A stretch of DNA of 64,000 nt from Candidatus Doudnabacteria bacterium (GTDB taxonomy: Bacteria; Patescibacteriota; Dojkabacteria; J137; JAEUSD01), in NCBI GenBank assembly GCA_016788825.1, contig JAEUSD010000002.1:9837-73836 (forward strand). Reading direction: 5' to 3'. A program made the translations under genes and the position numbers. Of the stretch, positions 9,721 through 18,684 are shown piece by piece (position 1 is the stretch's first letter; every line of letters starts with the position of its first letter). The notes below the pieces were generated by a model. The model saw only the letters and a program-made list of their open reading frames with translations. It made no database searches and had not been told where the DNA came from.

Positions 9721-12060
9721 ATGCCATCGCAACCAATTATTCAAGTACAAAATGTATCGAAAGTCTTCAACGTCAAGGCTCAGGATATCCTTGTCTTGAA
9801 AAATATCAATCTGGAGATTACTGTTGGCGAATTTGTGGTGATATTTGGACCTTCTGGTTCTGGTAAGTCTACTCTCCTTAACGTTATTTTAGGATTAGAG
9901 CCAGCCACAACCGGAACCGTAATGGTTCAACATTTGAATATCTCGGATGCGACTTCTGAGGATGAGCTGGCCATCTTTCGCAAAAGGAATATCGGGATTG
10001 TGTACCAGCAGACAAACTGGATAAAGGCTCTCAACGTTGTAGATAATGTGTCGTTTGCGTTGGAGCTGATGGGTGTGGATAAATTTACTTCGCATCAGAA
10101 AGCCTTGGAAATATTGGATTTGGTAGGTATGAAAGGATGGGCAAACTTCTCCCCTACAGAACTCTCTGCGGGCCAGCAGCAAAAAGTTGCGCTGGCCCGC
10201 GCCTTGATCACCAATCCGGAGATCTTGGTGGCAGACGAACCAACCGGGAACCTTGACTACCAAAGCGGTCTAGAGCTGATGGCTCTGTTCAAGAAGCTCC
10301 AAAAGCAAGGTAAGACGATCATTATGATCACCCATAACCCTGAGAATCTAGAATATGCTTCGCACATTATCCAAGTGTTCGACGGCAGTATCATTCAGAA
10401 CTTGCACACAGAGGGACAAGATATTGAGCAAATAAAAACGCAGCTGATTCAGAAGATAGATAAGTCATTGGTAAAGGTAAACAGCCAAATCACGTTAGAA
10501 GATATCAAGTTCATGTCAGCGACTGTGACGAAGCGCGCCTCCATAAATTCCTTGATCAAGGTGGCGCGCAATTTTTCACTCTTCAAGTGGATTGGCAACT
10601 TGATACAGGTGATCTCCTTCACCCTATTTATGATGTTGAATCTTGTCCAGAGCACCGTTCTGGCTTTGCTCAACTTGCCATTCTGGGGAGAAACCGTGCG
10701 CCGCAAACTCATTGCATTTACTACTCGAATATATGGTTTTGCGGCGCGCATTTTGCACAGCAAATACACCAACGATTCAATTAACCCGCTTTCGCTTGTC
10801 GACCTATCTGTGAAGCACTTGCTCAACAAGCGAACCCGCTCGATTATTACCATCGGTGGTGTGGCTCTGGGGATAGGGTTCATCGTATTTTTGGTCTCTT
10901 TAGGCTATGGGCTAGAGAATTTAGTGGTATCACGTGTGGCTAGCCTCAAAGAACGCAGGCAGATCGACGTGATTCCGGTTGTCTCCAGTAATTTGGCTAT
11001 CAATGATCAAACAATAGAAAATTTTGAAGAGATCTCTGGCGTAGAAAAAGTATTACCGTTCATCAGTATCGCGGGAAAAGTTAGTTATCAGAACTCTAGT
11101 ACAGACAGCGTTGCCTATGGCGTGCTGACCGAGTATTTATCTGAAGAAGATGTCACACCAGTGGTGGGCGGGATTTTCGACAATGACCAGCTATTCTTCC
11201 CCCCAGGGGAAGATGTATCTGTTTCCGACGCGATAGAAGAAACGGAAGATGTGATCGATGTGGAATTACCTCAAACTTCTCGCACAGCTGTGATAAATGA
11301 CTCGTTCATGCAAGTACTAGGGCTGCAACCGTTAAACGCGATCGGTAAAAAATTCTCCGTTGAGTTTACCGTTACTGGAGATTTGGTCACAGGGGGCAGT
11401 CAGGTTAAATCCCTCCCTGTAGAGTATGAGATCGTTGGTGTTACGGATGATACGCGTAGCCAAATTATGTATATTCCAATCCTCGATGCAAAACAGTTGG
11501 GGATTACCAGATACTCTCAAGTCAAGATTGTGGTCGATTCTGAAGAAAACGTACCGACAGTGCGTAACCTCATCGAATTCCTCGGCTATCGAACCACATC
11601 AGTATTGGATACTGTTACCCAGATAGAACAATTATTCAGCAATGTGCGCATCTTGCTAGTAGTGGTAGGAGCTATCGCATTGGCAGTTGCAGCACTGGGA
11701 ATGTTTAATACACTTACAGTCTCGCTGCTTGAGCGTACTCGAGAGGTTGGATTGATGAAAGCGATAGGAATGCGTTCGGATGAAGTTAAACTATTATTCA
11801 TAAATGAGTCGGTGATAATGGGAATTCTGGGGGGCGGAGGTGGATTGTTGTTAGGTTTCCTGATGGGTAAGCTTATCTCCGCCCTGCTTTCTGTGGTTTC
11901 GGTCACCCGCGGTGCTGAAGGGATAGACATTTCGCTTATTCCAGGTGGGGTGGTTGTGCTCATCTTATTGTTAAGTATCTTCATTGGTGTGGTCACCGGA
12001 ATATTCCCTGCTGTGCGAGCAACAAAGATCTCTGCGTTGAATGCGTTGAGGTATGAATAG
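9721..12060 (+). CDS. MacB-type ABC transporter, fused ATP-binding and FtsX-like permease domains
   Basis: 779 aa. N-terminal ABC ATPase with Walker A 'GPSGSGKST', signature 'LSAGQQQKVALARAL' and Walker B 'LVADEPTGNLD'. A TM helix around aa 370-395 is followed by a roughly 240-aa extracytoplasmic domain and three C-terminal TM helices (FtsX fold). The ATG sits 2 nt after the stop of the giant gene. Confidence 0.85.
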   Translation: MPSQPIIQVQNVSKVFNVKAQDILVLKNINLEITVGEFVVIFGPSGSGKSTLLNVILGLEPATTGTVMVQHLNISDATSEDELAIFRKRNIGIVYQQTNWIKALNVVDNVSFALELMGVDKFTSHQKALEILDLVGMKGWANFSPTELSAGQQQKVALARALITNPEILVADEPTGNLDYQSGLELMALFKKLQKQGKTIIMITHNPENLEYASHIIQVFDGSIIQNLHTEGQDIEQIKTQLIQKIDKSLVKVNSQITLEDIKFMSATVTKRASINSLIKVARNFSLFKWIGNLIQVISFTLFMMLNLVQSTVLALLNLPFWGETVRRKLIAFTTRIYGFAARILHSKYTNDSINPLSLVDLSVKHLLNKRTRSIITIGGVALGIGFIVFLVSLGYGLENLVVSRVASLKERRQIDVIPVVSSNLAINDQTIENFEEISGVEKVLPFISIAGKVSYQNSSTDSVAYGVLTEYLSEEDVTPVVGGIFDNDQLFFPPGEDVSVSDAIEETEDVIDVELPQTSRTAVINDSFMQVLGLQPLNAIGKKFSVEFTVTGDLVTGGSQVKSLPVEYEIVGVTDDTRSQIMYIPILDAKQLGITRYSQVKIVVDSEENVPTVRNLIEFLGYRTTSVLDTVTQIEQLFSNVRILLVVVGAIALAVAALGMFNTLTVSLLERTREVGLMKAIGMRSDEVKLLFINESVIMGILGGGGGLLLGFLMGKLISALLSVVSVTRGAEGIDISLIPGGVVVLILLLSIFIGVVTGIFPAVRATKISALNALRYE

Positions 12061-12074
12061 GGAATAAAGAACAA

Positions 12075-13292
12075 CTATCTCTTTTTGCGCAAGTTGAACA
12101 AGAAACTCTTCAGAGAGATGCGGTTGTGATACTCCAGAGCTCCAAATTCAAAGAGTTTGAAGGCAAGTATGAAACTGACTGCGACATACGCAATAGACGC
12201 TACTGCTCCGAGTAGTTGCTCGGCGCCCGAGAGCTCTCCCAACGCGTTGCGGAAAAGCAAAATCAGAGGTGAGGTGAAAGGGAAATAGCTAAAGAAAATT
12301 GCTAAAGTCCCCGACGGTTCAGCGATCAGGCTGGTGGCCAGATATACCGGGATAAGTGCAGCAAAGATGAACACCGATGAAAGCCCCCCCGCCTCTCTGT
12401 ACGTAGGCATAGCAGCTCCGACACCAACCATGATGTTCGCGTTTAGTAAGAATCCACAGACTGTGAAGAATACTGCCCAGAAAAGCTGGGTAAATGTTAC
12501 CTCTACCGAACTAAGATCAATCGGGCTGGTGCGCGATAGCAGCACCAGCCCGCCTAATGCAAAGATAGCTAGTACAACTACTTGAGTGATTACGATGCTT
12601 AGTTGGCCCGCGATTTTGCCCCAGATGAGTTCCCGAGGGGTGACGATAGACAAAATTGTTTCGATCATACGGTTCTCTTTCTCTTCAGAGACGCTTTGCA
12701 AAAGAAGGGATGTCGCGAAGGTGACAAGGATAAAATATATACCCACAGAGATCAAAGGAACGATAAATGCCTCGAAACCATTTTCTATTTGTTCACCATT
12801 TTTGTAGCTAGTTACTTCTGTGGCGTAATCGGCATTAAAAACTTTTGTGAGGTTGGCATCGCCTAGCTTGTTTAGAATACTCTGTTTTACCAAGTTCTTT
12901 GCGATCGGATCGTATGCTCCGTCATTGAAAACGCCTTTACTATTCACACTGATGTCGATCTTGAGGCTAGTAGCGAAATCCTGAGGATATACAATTAAGG
13001 CATCTACTTTCCCTTCTTTGACGGCTTGTTTACCTGTCTCAATGTCTTCAATTTGTTGCAGTGGCGGCTGAAGCAAGGGTTTGTCCAAAATTCCCGACTG
13101 GTCAAACACGTAAATCCCCTTTGCTTCAGCCGCCAGCTCAGCCAATTTCGTTTCTGCTGATTGCGCCGACAAAGTAGAGATTACGCTCAAAAAGATTATG
13201 AAGGCTGGGAACGCAAGTGTGGTAATCCAAAAGCTAGGTTTACGGATCACTTGTAGATATTCTCTTTTGGCAATGATTAGTAATTTATTCAT
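12075..13292 (-). CDS. ABC-2 type transporter permease (NatB-like)
   Basis: 405 aa. N-terminal TM helix, a roughly 150-aa extracytoplasmic loop, then 5 TM helices. 4-nt overlap with the ATPase gene upstream. Confidence 0.7.
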   Translation of the reverse strand: MNKLLIIAKREYLQVIRKPSFWITTLAFPAFIIFLSVISTLSAQSAETKLAELAAEAKGIYVFDQSGILDKPLLQPPLQQIEDIETGKQAVKEGKVDALIVYPQDFATSLKIDISVNSKGVFNDGAYDPIAKNLVKQSILNKLGDANLTKVFNADYATEVTSYKNGEQIENGFEAFIVPLISVGIYFILVTFATSLLLQSVSEEKENRMIETILSIVTPRELIWGKIAGQLSIVITQVVVLAIFALGGLVLLSRTSPIDLSSVEVTFTQLFWAVFFTVCGFLLNANIMVGVGAAMPTYREAGGLSSVFIFAALIPVYLATSLIAEPSGTLAIFFSYFPFTSPLILLFRNALGELSGAEQLLGAVASIAYVAVSFILAFKLFEFGALEYHNRISLKSFLFNLRKKR

Positions 13293-14188
13293 ATCCTACC
13301 TTGAGAAACTTCAATAAAAATTTCGTTCAACGATGGGCTAGCCATCTCAAAATGATAAATCTGTATACCGCTTTCGACTAAATATGTAAGGATTTGTTGT
13401 GATGTTGCCTTCTTCGTGGGGGTCAATTCTGCATAGTTTGTTGATTGTGAATCAATTGCAAACAAACCTTTGGCGGGGACCAGTCTGCCACTGAATTTCA
13501 ATTTGACCCTATTTTCTCCGAACTGACTCTTCACTTCATCAACTTTACCATACAACGCAGATCGCCCGTCTTTTATCATTAGCAAGCGGTGGGCGATCTT
13601 TTCTGCCTCTTCCATCTGATGAGTGCTGAAAATGATGCTAGAACCGGCTGAATTTAACTCTTTCAAAATATCTAGCAACAGAAGCCGGTTCACGGGGTCC
13701 AGACCTTTGGTTGGTTCGTCCAACACAAGTAGGCTTGGCCGATTGATGATCGTGATTCCAAGTTGGATCTTTTGTTGCTGTCCGGAGGACAGCTTCTTTA
13801 TTTTCGACTTTGCCTTATCGGCCAAGCCGACACGTTCTAAGTACTCAGTTGCGCGCTGCTTGGCAGTTTGGGCGTCCAAACCCTTGATCTGCCCAAAGTA
13901 AACCAGAGTGTCGAGTACGAGTGAATCTAGATATAGTCCTCGCTCTTCGGGTAAGTAGCCCAAGATTTGCGAGTGGGAAGACGAGTATTTCTCCCCATTG
14001 ACCAGTAGCTCCCCCTTATCCGGCTGATAGATGCCGAGCAACGTACGCAGGGTTGTCGTCTTCCCCGACCCGTTTGCGCCCAAAAAAGCAAAGATCTCTC
14101 CTTGCTCTACTTCGAACGACAGGTCGTGAATCACCTGCTTGTATCCAAAATTTTTGGAGAAGTTTGTAACCGAGATTGCTGGTTTCAT
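13289..14188 (-). CDS. ABC transporter ATP-binding protein (NatA-like)
   Basis: 299 aa. Walker A 'GANGSGKTT', signature 'LSSGQQQKIQLGITI', Walker B 'LLVLDEPTKGLD'. Confidence 0.85.
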   Translation of the reverse strand: MKPAISVTNFSKNFGYKQVIHDLSFEVEQGEIFAFLGANGSGKTTTLRTLLGIYQPDKGELLVNGEKYSSSHSQILGYLPEERGLYLDSLVLDTLVYFGQIKGLDAQTAKQRATEYLERVGLADKAKSKIKKLSSGQQQKIQLGITIINRPSLLVLDEPTKGLDPVNRLLLLDILKELNSAGSSIIFSTHQMEEAEKIAHRLLMIKDGRSALYGKVDEVKSQFGENRVKLKFSGRLVPAKGLFAIDSQSTNYAELTPTKKATSQQILTYLVESGIQIYHFEMASPSLNEIFIEVSQGRI

Positions 14189-14742
14189 TGTTTTTTTGCT
14201 TCTTTTTGTCTAGAACGTGCTTTGCGGTACTCTGCTGCGGTGGCAAAAGAATGTGGATCTGCCAAGTCCGTGAAAAGTACGCCATTCAAATGATCCATTT
14301 CATGTTGGATAACTTTGGCGATGAAATCTTCATACTTAGCTTCCTGAGGGGTACCATCTTGATCTAAATACTTTATTTGCAAAGATTTTGAGCGAACCAC
14401 ATTACCAAACAGCTCAGCATTAAAGATACTCAAGCAAGCCTCGGGTAGCTCAATTTTCTCTTCGCTCATTGAAGTCACAACAGGGTTTATAAAAGCAATC
14501 GGTCCCCATGCGGTGAATTCAGGTCTGTTTGGGGTTGGCTTAATTTCAACTATAAATAGCCTGACCGGCACACCGATTTGTACTGCGGATATGGCTACAC
14601 CCGATTTTTGATCTCTTAGTGTATCGATGAGGTCTTGAATAAGTGTTTGGATATCTGAAGATTTTATATCCTGTTCATTAACCTCTTTCGATACTTCTCT
14701 GAGTAGGGGGTTTCCAATGTCGAGGATTTTCTTGATCATACG
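14185..14742 (-). CDS. def: Peptide deformylase
   Basis: PDF motifs 'GVAISAVQIG', 'EACLSI' and 'HEMDHLNG'. ORF track gives 14185..14838; I place the start at the internal ATG (MIKKILDIGNPLL) by analogy with PDF N-termini. Has a Lys-rich C-terminal tail. Stop overlaps the ABC ATPase start. Confidence 0.8.
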   Translation of the reverse strand, partial: RMIKKILDIGNPLLREVSKEVNEQDIKSSDIQTLIQDLIDTLRDQKSGVAISAVQIGVPVRLFIVEIKPTPNRPEFTAWGPIAFINPVVTSMSEEKIELPEACLSIFNAELFGNVVRSKSLQIKYLDQDGTPQEAKYEDFIAKVIQHEMDHLNGVLFTDLADPHSFATAAEYRKARSRQKEAKKQ

Positions 14743-14858
14743 AGATTCTACAACGTCGGTAGGTTTGTGCCAAGGCTTCGGTTGTATCGTTTTTCGGTGT
14801 GTTTGTCGCCGAATCTCAACTTGTAAATTAGGTAACAAATGTTATGATAAGTTAGTTC

Positions 14859-14931
14859 GCCAACCTAGCTCAATTGGTAGAGCAACGGTATCGTAAACCG
14901 TAGGTTGTGAGTTCGATTCTCACGGTTGGCT
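14859..14931 (+). tRNA. tRNA-Thr (anticodon CGT)
   Basis: Cloverleaf with acceptor GCCAACC/GGTTGGC, D-arm GCTC-AATTGGTA-GAGC, anticodon stem ACGGT/ACCGT, loop ATCGTAA, T-arm GTGAG-TTCGATT-CTCAC. Confidence 0.85.
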
Positions 14932-14955
14932 TATAAGTTAACTGAAATATTTACT

Positions 14956-15996
14956 ATGAAAGAAGTGCAATATAACATTACTCACAAGGTCCTAAACAGT
15001 ATCGTGCGTGTCGAGACTGGTAAACTCATGCAAGAACAACACCCCAACTACGCTGTGCGCAACAAGCTGGGGCATAAAGTAAAGTCGCTGAGCATCTTTC
15101 ACTTGGGCCATATGTTTGGGTTGCAGCTGACATTGAAAGATGCGGAGAAAATTGTAGACGGTAAAAGGCTTGAGGCTCAAGACCCCAAATTGAACCTTCT
15201 GTACAACTTTCGCAACGTACTAGAGTACAACCGATCCAGTGTTGGAGACGAAAATTATGCAATTGATAGCAATCTTTTGATGCATTTGAACAAGATCGTG
15301 TTGACCGATTGGCGCGAGACTTGGGATGTGCGCTGGAGAAGTGACGAAGACCAGCCAGATGAGAAAACTGAGAACTGGTTTGACTTGCATAACGAGGAAA
15401 TTACAGCCGAGCAAGTGGAGGCTAATGTTTATGAGTTGTGTGATTGGTATAGCTCAAATTTAACTCGGTTGAATCCATTGGTACTGATTGCTGTGTTTGT
15501 TTTTAGGTTAATTGAAATTGCGCCATTTGCTGTGGGTAATAAATTGACTACTCTGGCTGTAATTGACTATTTACTTTATAGGTTTGGGTACACGGAGAAA
15601 ACATTCTTGGCTCCTGTTCGAACGGTAGATACTTACGAACAAGAATTTTACGAAGCATGGCAGATCGGTGTTAAGACAGGGGATATCACCATTTGGGTTG
15701 AGCGCTTTGTAGCTGCTGTGGCCAAAGATATTCAAGATACCAAAGCTGAAGTTGATCAATTCCTGGCTGAAGAAGAGAAATCGACAAATAAGCCATTCTT
15801 GGATTTGAACCGTCGGCAGTTGAAAATTTTGCGTTACTTACAAACGATCCCTACTGTGAAGCGTGAAGATTATTGTCAGATGATGGATGTATCGACGATG
15901 ACAGCATTCCGCGACCTTAACGATCTTGTCAGCAAAAAACTGATCAAGATCGAAGGTCGCGGCCGAGGTACCAAATATATCTTGGCAACACGGTAG
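14956..15996 (+). CDS. Fic/DOC-family-like protein with degenerate active-site motif and C-terminal winged-helix domain
   Basis: ORF 14926..15996 overlaps the tRNA, so the start is taken at ATG 14956. 'IEIAPFAVGNKLTT' aligns with the Fic HPFx(D/E)GNGR motif, but the His is replaced by Ile. The C-terminal 'KILRYLQ...MDVSTMTAFRDLNDLVSKKLIKIEGRGRGTKYIL' is wHTH-like. Confidence 0.4.
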   Translation: MKEVQYNITHKVLNSIVRVETGKLMQEQHPNYAVRNKLGHKVKSLSIFHLGHMFGLQLTLKDAEKIVDGKRLEAQDPKLNLLYNFRNVLEYNRSSVGDENYAIDSNLLMHLNKIVLTDWRETWDVRWRSDEDQPDEKTENWFDLHNEEITAEQVEANVYELCDWYSSNLTRLNPLVLIAVFVFRLIEIAPFAVGNKLTTLAVIDYLLYRFGYTEKTFLAPVRTVDTYEQEFYEAWQIGVKTGDITIWVERFVAAVAKDIQDTKAEVDQFLAEEEKSTNKPFLDLNRRQLKILRYLQTIPTVKREDYCQMMDVSTMTAFRDLNDLVSKKLIKIEGRGRGTKYILATR

Positions 15997-16128
15997 TTTC
16001 TCACCTATAAGCGCTGTAAAATGCTGCCTAAGATGGCAGTGACAAATAGCATGTTGATGTATGTTAGTAGTTTGAATTTGGACATGAGAATTTGATAACT
16101 ACTATTGAGTCGGAGTCGGTATACAAGG

Positions 16129-16785
16129 CTAAACTTCCACAGATAATTTCAAAAAATTATCTACTAGTTCCTGTATCTTTGTTTGGGTTTGGGCAATATG
16201 TTCTATTCCCTGAGTTACTTTCACGGTGGTATAACCTAGAGATCTAGAATGCTCTAGATACAATTCTTGTGCTGTGTCCCATCTTTCTGCTGGCATACGT
16301 TCAAATTTATGATCATTATTAACAGCTGAGGTTATGCGTTCCCCATAAAGTGTTATACCTAGATCAACCTGTAATAGGTTTTTGTTTATGTGCAATAAAT
16401 AGTTTCGATTAACTCCCGAGATCTCACCCCAAACTAAGCCAGTTATAATATAGTCTTCCATCAAAACTATTTGACCTTGGTTTAACATTTTTATCAATAA
16501 GGGCTCAAATTCACGACGGTTTCTAACTGCTAGTTTTTGTAATAGCTTATTTAACTCATCGGGAGTTCTATTGTAGGTTTGGGATCGTTGAAGAATCTCA
16601 AATGCTAAAGGCCCTGTGATACTAAAATCGTATAAAGGGTATTTTATGTATACGACTGATAGACCAAGAGCTGATAGATGTCTATAAAGTAACTCAACTT
16701 GCGAACTTTTTCCTAAATTGGGAGCTCCAGTGATTAAAATCATTTTACCTCTTTCTTCTAGAGGGAGTAGGTCTAAGCGTTTCAT
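16129..16785 (-). CDS. Thymidylate-kinase-like P-loop NMP kinase
   Basis: P-loop 'ITGAPNLGKSSQ' followed by 'L..L...GLSVVYIKYP', which resembles the Tmk GKSTQ...trEP arrangement. 'EDYIITGLVWG' sits at the DRY-motif position. Divergent. Its start overlaps the uvrC stop. Confidence 0.45.
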   Translation of the reverse strand: MKRLDLLPLEERGKMILITGAPNLGKSSQVELLYRHLSALGLSVVYIKYPLYDFSITGPLAFEILQRSQTYNRTPDELNKLLQKLAVRNRREFEPLLIKMLNQGQIVLMEDYIITGLVWGEISGVNRNYLLHINKNLLQVDLGITLYGERITSAVNNDHKFERMPAERWDTAQELYLEHSRSLGYTTVKVTQGIEHIAQTQTKIQELVDNFLKLSVEV

Positions 16786-18446
16786 TATTTAACTGTTTCC
16801 ATATTCAACGCGGATTTGGAGCGGAGCTTGCGGTGGAAGGTGATGCCGAAGCGGTGGGCTTCGTCGCGCACGCGCTGGAGCATGTAGAGCGCTTCGGATT
16901 TGCGGGGCAATTTTATTTTGACGAACCCGTCGACTTTTCCAAGGGGCTGATACGTTCTTTTTGAAATACTTGTGTCGCTGAGGACCATCACACTGTTTTC
17001 TGGCGCGAATTGCTCTGCTACTTTGAAAATTTCTTCTTCGCGTTTGGCGAGGCCGACGATGGGAATTGTTTTTTCTAGGCCGAAGTCGGTGAGGACTTTG
17101 TAGGCTGCCGAGAGTTGGCCTTTTCCTCCGTCGATGACTATCAAACTCGGCAGCCGCCTGAAACTGTCGTCTGGCTTCCACTCCTTCATTTTTTTGATCA
17201 ATTCGGGTGGAAGGTTGACGGTGAATCCTTCGATGTCGGTGTAGGATGCGGGCGCGGAGGTGTCGATTTCTTCGGTTAAATTTTCTCCCGCGCCCGCATC
17301 CTGTGTCCCGTTCACATTTTGAGACTTTATGTATTGTGCAAATCTGCGCGTGAGAACTTCTTGCATCATGGCGAAATCGTTGGGCTCGTTCTTCATACGG
17401 ATTTTGAATTTGCGATAATTTTCAGGAGTTGCTTGACCGTCAATGCTGACTGTCATTGCCCCGACAGCGTTTGTGCCTTGGATGTTGGAGATGTCGTAAC
17501 ATTCTATACGGAAGCCTGGCTCATTCTTCAATTTGTCTGCAGGGAAATCTAGGTAGCTGATGAGGGCGGAAATCGCGGATTGCTTTTGAACTTGCTTAGC
17601 CTGTACAATGCCGATTTCATCAATGTCTTTGTCGATGTGCAGGTTACTTCCAACATACTTGATATCGTTCAACATATTGCGGTAACGGGCGGCGGTCTCA
17701 AAGTCTTGAATCTTGGCGGCTTTGCGCATTCTGGCTTCGAACTCGTACATTAGGTCGTACTTTTCGCCTTTGAAGAATTTTTTGATGCTATTCAAATTGG
17801 CTTCGTAATCGCCTCGCGTGGCAAGGCCTGCGCAGGCTCCGTTGCATAAATTTATTTGGTAGTGAAAGCAGGCCTTGTGATTCTTGCTGGTAAAAGGCTT
17901 GTTTCGTTCTGCGGGGATGGCGACTTTTATCTTTCCAGTACAGTATGGAAAAAGTCGCCGTAAACGGGTGAGCAACCTTTTTACTGTTCCAACATTGGGA
18001 TATGGTCCGTAGTATTCAGCGTTTTTGTCGTGTTCTTTGTCACGGCTGACGGTGATGGTTGGCATGGGGACAAATTCGCCGTGAGAGTTTGAGATCTTAT
18101 CAAATTTCACATAGGCATAACTTTTATCATCAACCATCAGGCTGTTGTACTTGGGTTTATGCCGCTTGATCAGCACACTTTCAATGATTAGGGCTTCGAT
18201 TTCTGAATCAGCCAGAACAAACTCAATATCTTCTGCCAGGAGAATCATTTGACGGATTTTCTCCTCTACACGATTGAAGTTGCTGAAGTAACTTTTTACA
18301 CGATTGCGCAAAATTTTGGCTTTGCCGACATACAAAATTTTCCCGTTTTTGTCTTTGTATAAGTAACAGCCGGGTACCAACGGGGCATTGCGAATTAGCT
18401 CTTGGAAAGCCTTGTTTTTGGTGCTCAGTACAGATTTAGCCATCAA
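16785..18446 (-). CDS. uvrC: Excinuclease ABC subunit C (UvrC)
   Basis: 553 aa. N-terminal GIY-YIG 'GCYLYKDKNGKILYVGKAKILRNRVKSYF', a central UvrBC-interaction region, and a C-terminal RNase H-like endonuclease domain ('VIDGGKGQL'). Confidence 0.9.
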   Translation of the reverse strand: MMAKSVLSTKNKAFQELIRNAPLVPGCYLYKDKNGKILYVGKAKILRNRVKSYFSNFNRVEEKIRQMILLAEDIEFVLADSEIEALIIESVLIKRHKPKYNSLMVDDKSYAYVKFDKISNSHGEFVPMPTITVSRDKEHDKNAEYYGPYPNVGTVKRLLTRLRRLFPYCTGKIKVAIPAERNKPFTSKNHKACFHYQINLCNGACAGLATRGDYEANLNSIKKFFKGEKYDLMYEFEARMRKAAKIQDFETAARYRNMLNDIKYVGSNLHIDKDIDEIGIVQAKQVQKQSAISALISYLDFPADKLKNEPGFRIECYDISNIQGTNAVGAMTVSIDGQATPENYRKFKIRMKNEPNDFAMMQEVLTRRFAQYIKSQNVNGTQDAGAGENLTEEIDTSAPASYTDIEGFTVNLPPELIKKMKEWKPDDSFRRLPSLIVIDGGKGQLSAAYKVLTDFGLEKTIPIVGLAKREEEIFKVAEQFAPENSVMVLSDTSISKRTYQPLGKVDGFVKIKLPRKSEALYMLQRVRDEAHRFGITFHRKLRSKSALNMETVK

Positions 18447-18456
18447 TTTTGGTTAC

Positions 18457-18657
18457 TCAGTTGCTGGTGCGGACGTATTTGCGGTGAGCTCGCGTGAATA
18501 CATACTTACGTCCGCATTTACAGGTGACTCTTTCTGTCTCATGCGAAATATTTTCGCGATCGAGCTGACTGTCTAAATTTCTGGTGCACCCTGGACAGAG
18601 ACGTTTTTCCAAAAGCCTTGCTTGGATGGGGGCAATGATCTTTTTTAGTATTAGCAT
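18457..18657 (-). CDS. Small zinc-ribbon protein
   Basis: 66 aa with CxxC...CxC spacing ('CPGCTRN...CKCGRK') and a basic tail. Confidence 0.35.
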   Translation of the reverse strand: MLILKKIIAPIQARLLEKRLCPGCTRNLDSQLDRENISHETERVTCKCGRKYVFTRAHRKYVRTSN

Positions 18658-18684
18658 ACTGAATTATACCGTGTATAATCGGTT

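Noticed and set aside
16789-17181. 130-aa Arg/Pro-rich ORF antisense within uvrC
   Set aside because: Lies entirely inside the strongly supported uvrC CDS and has low-complexity composition typical of antisense artefacts. The same holds for the antisense ORFs inside the giant genes (5466-5715, 8674-8961, 53589-53837, 56348-56690, 57126-57947) and inside the AI-2E gene (19313-19676).
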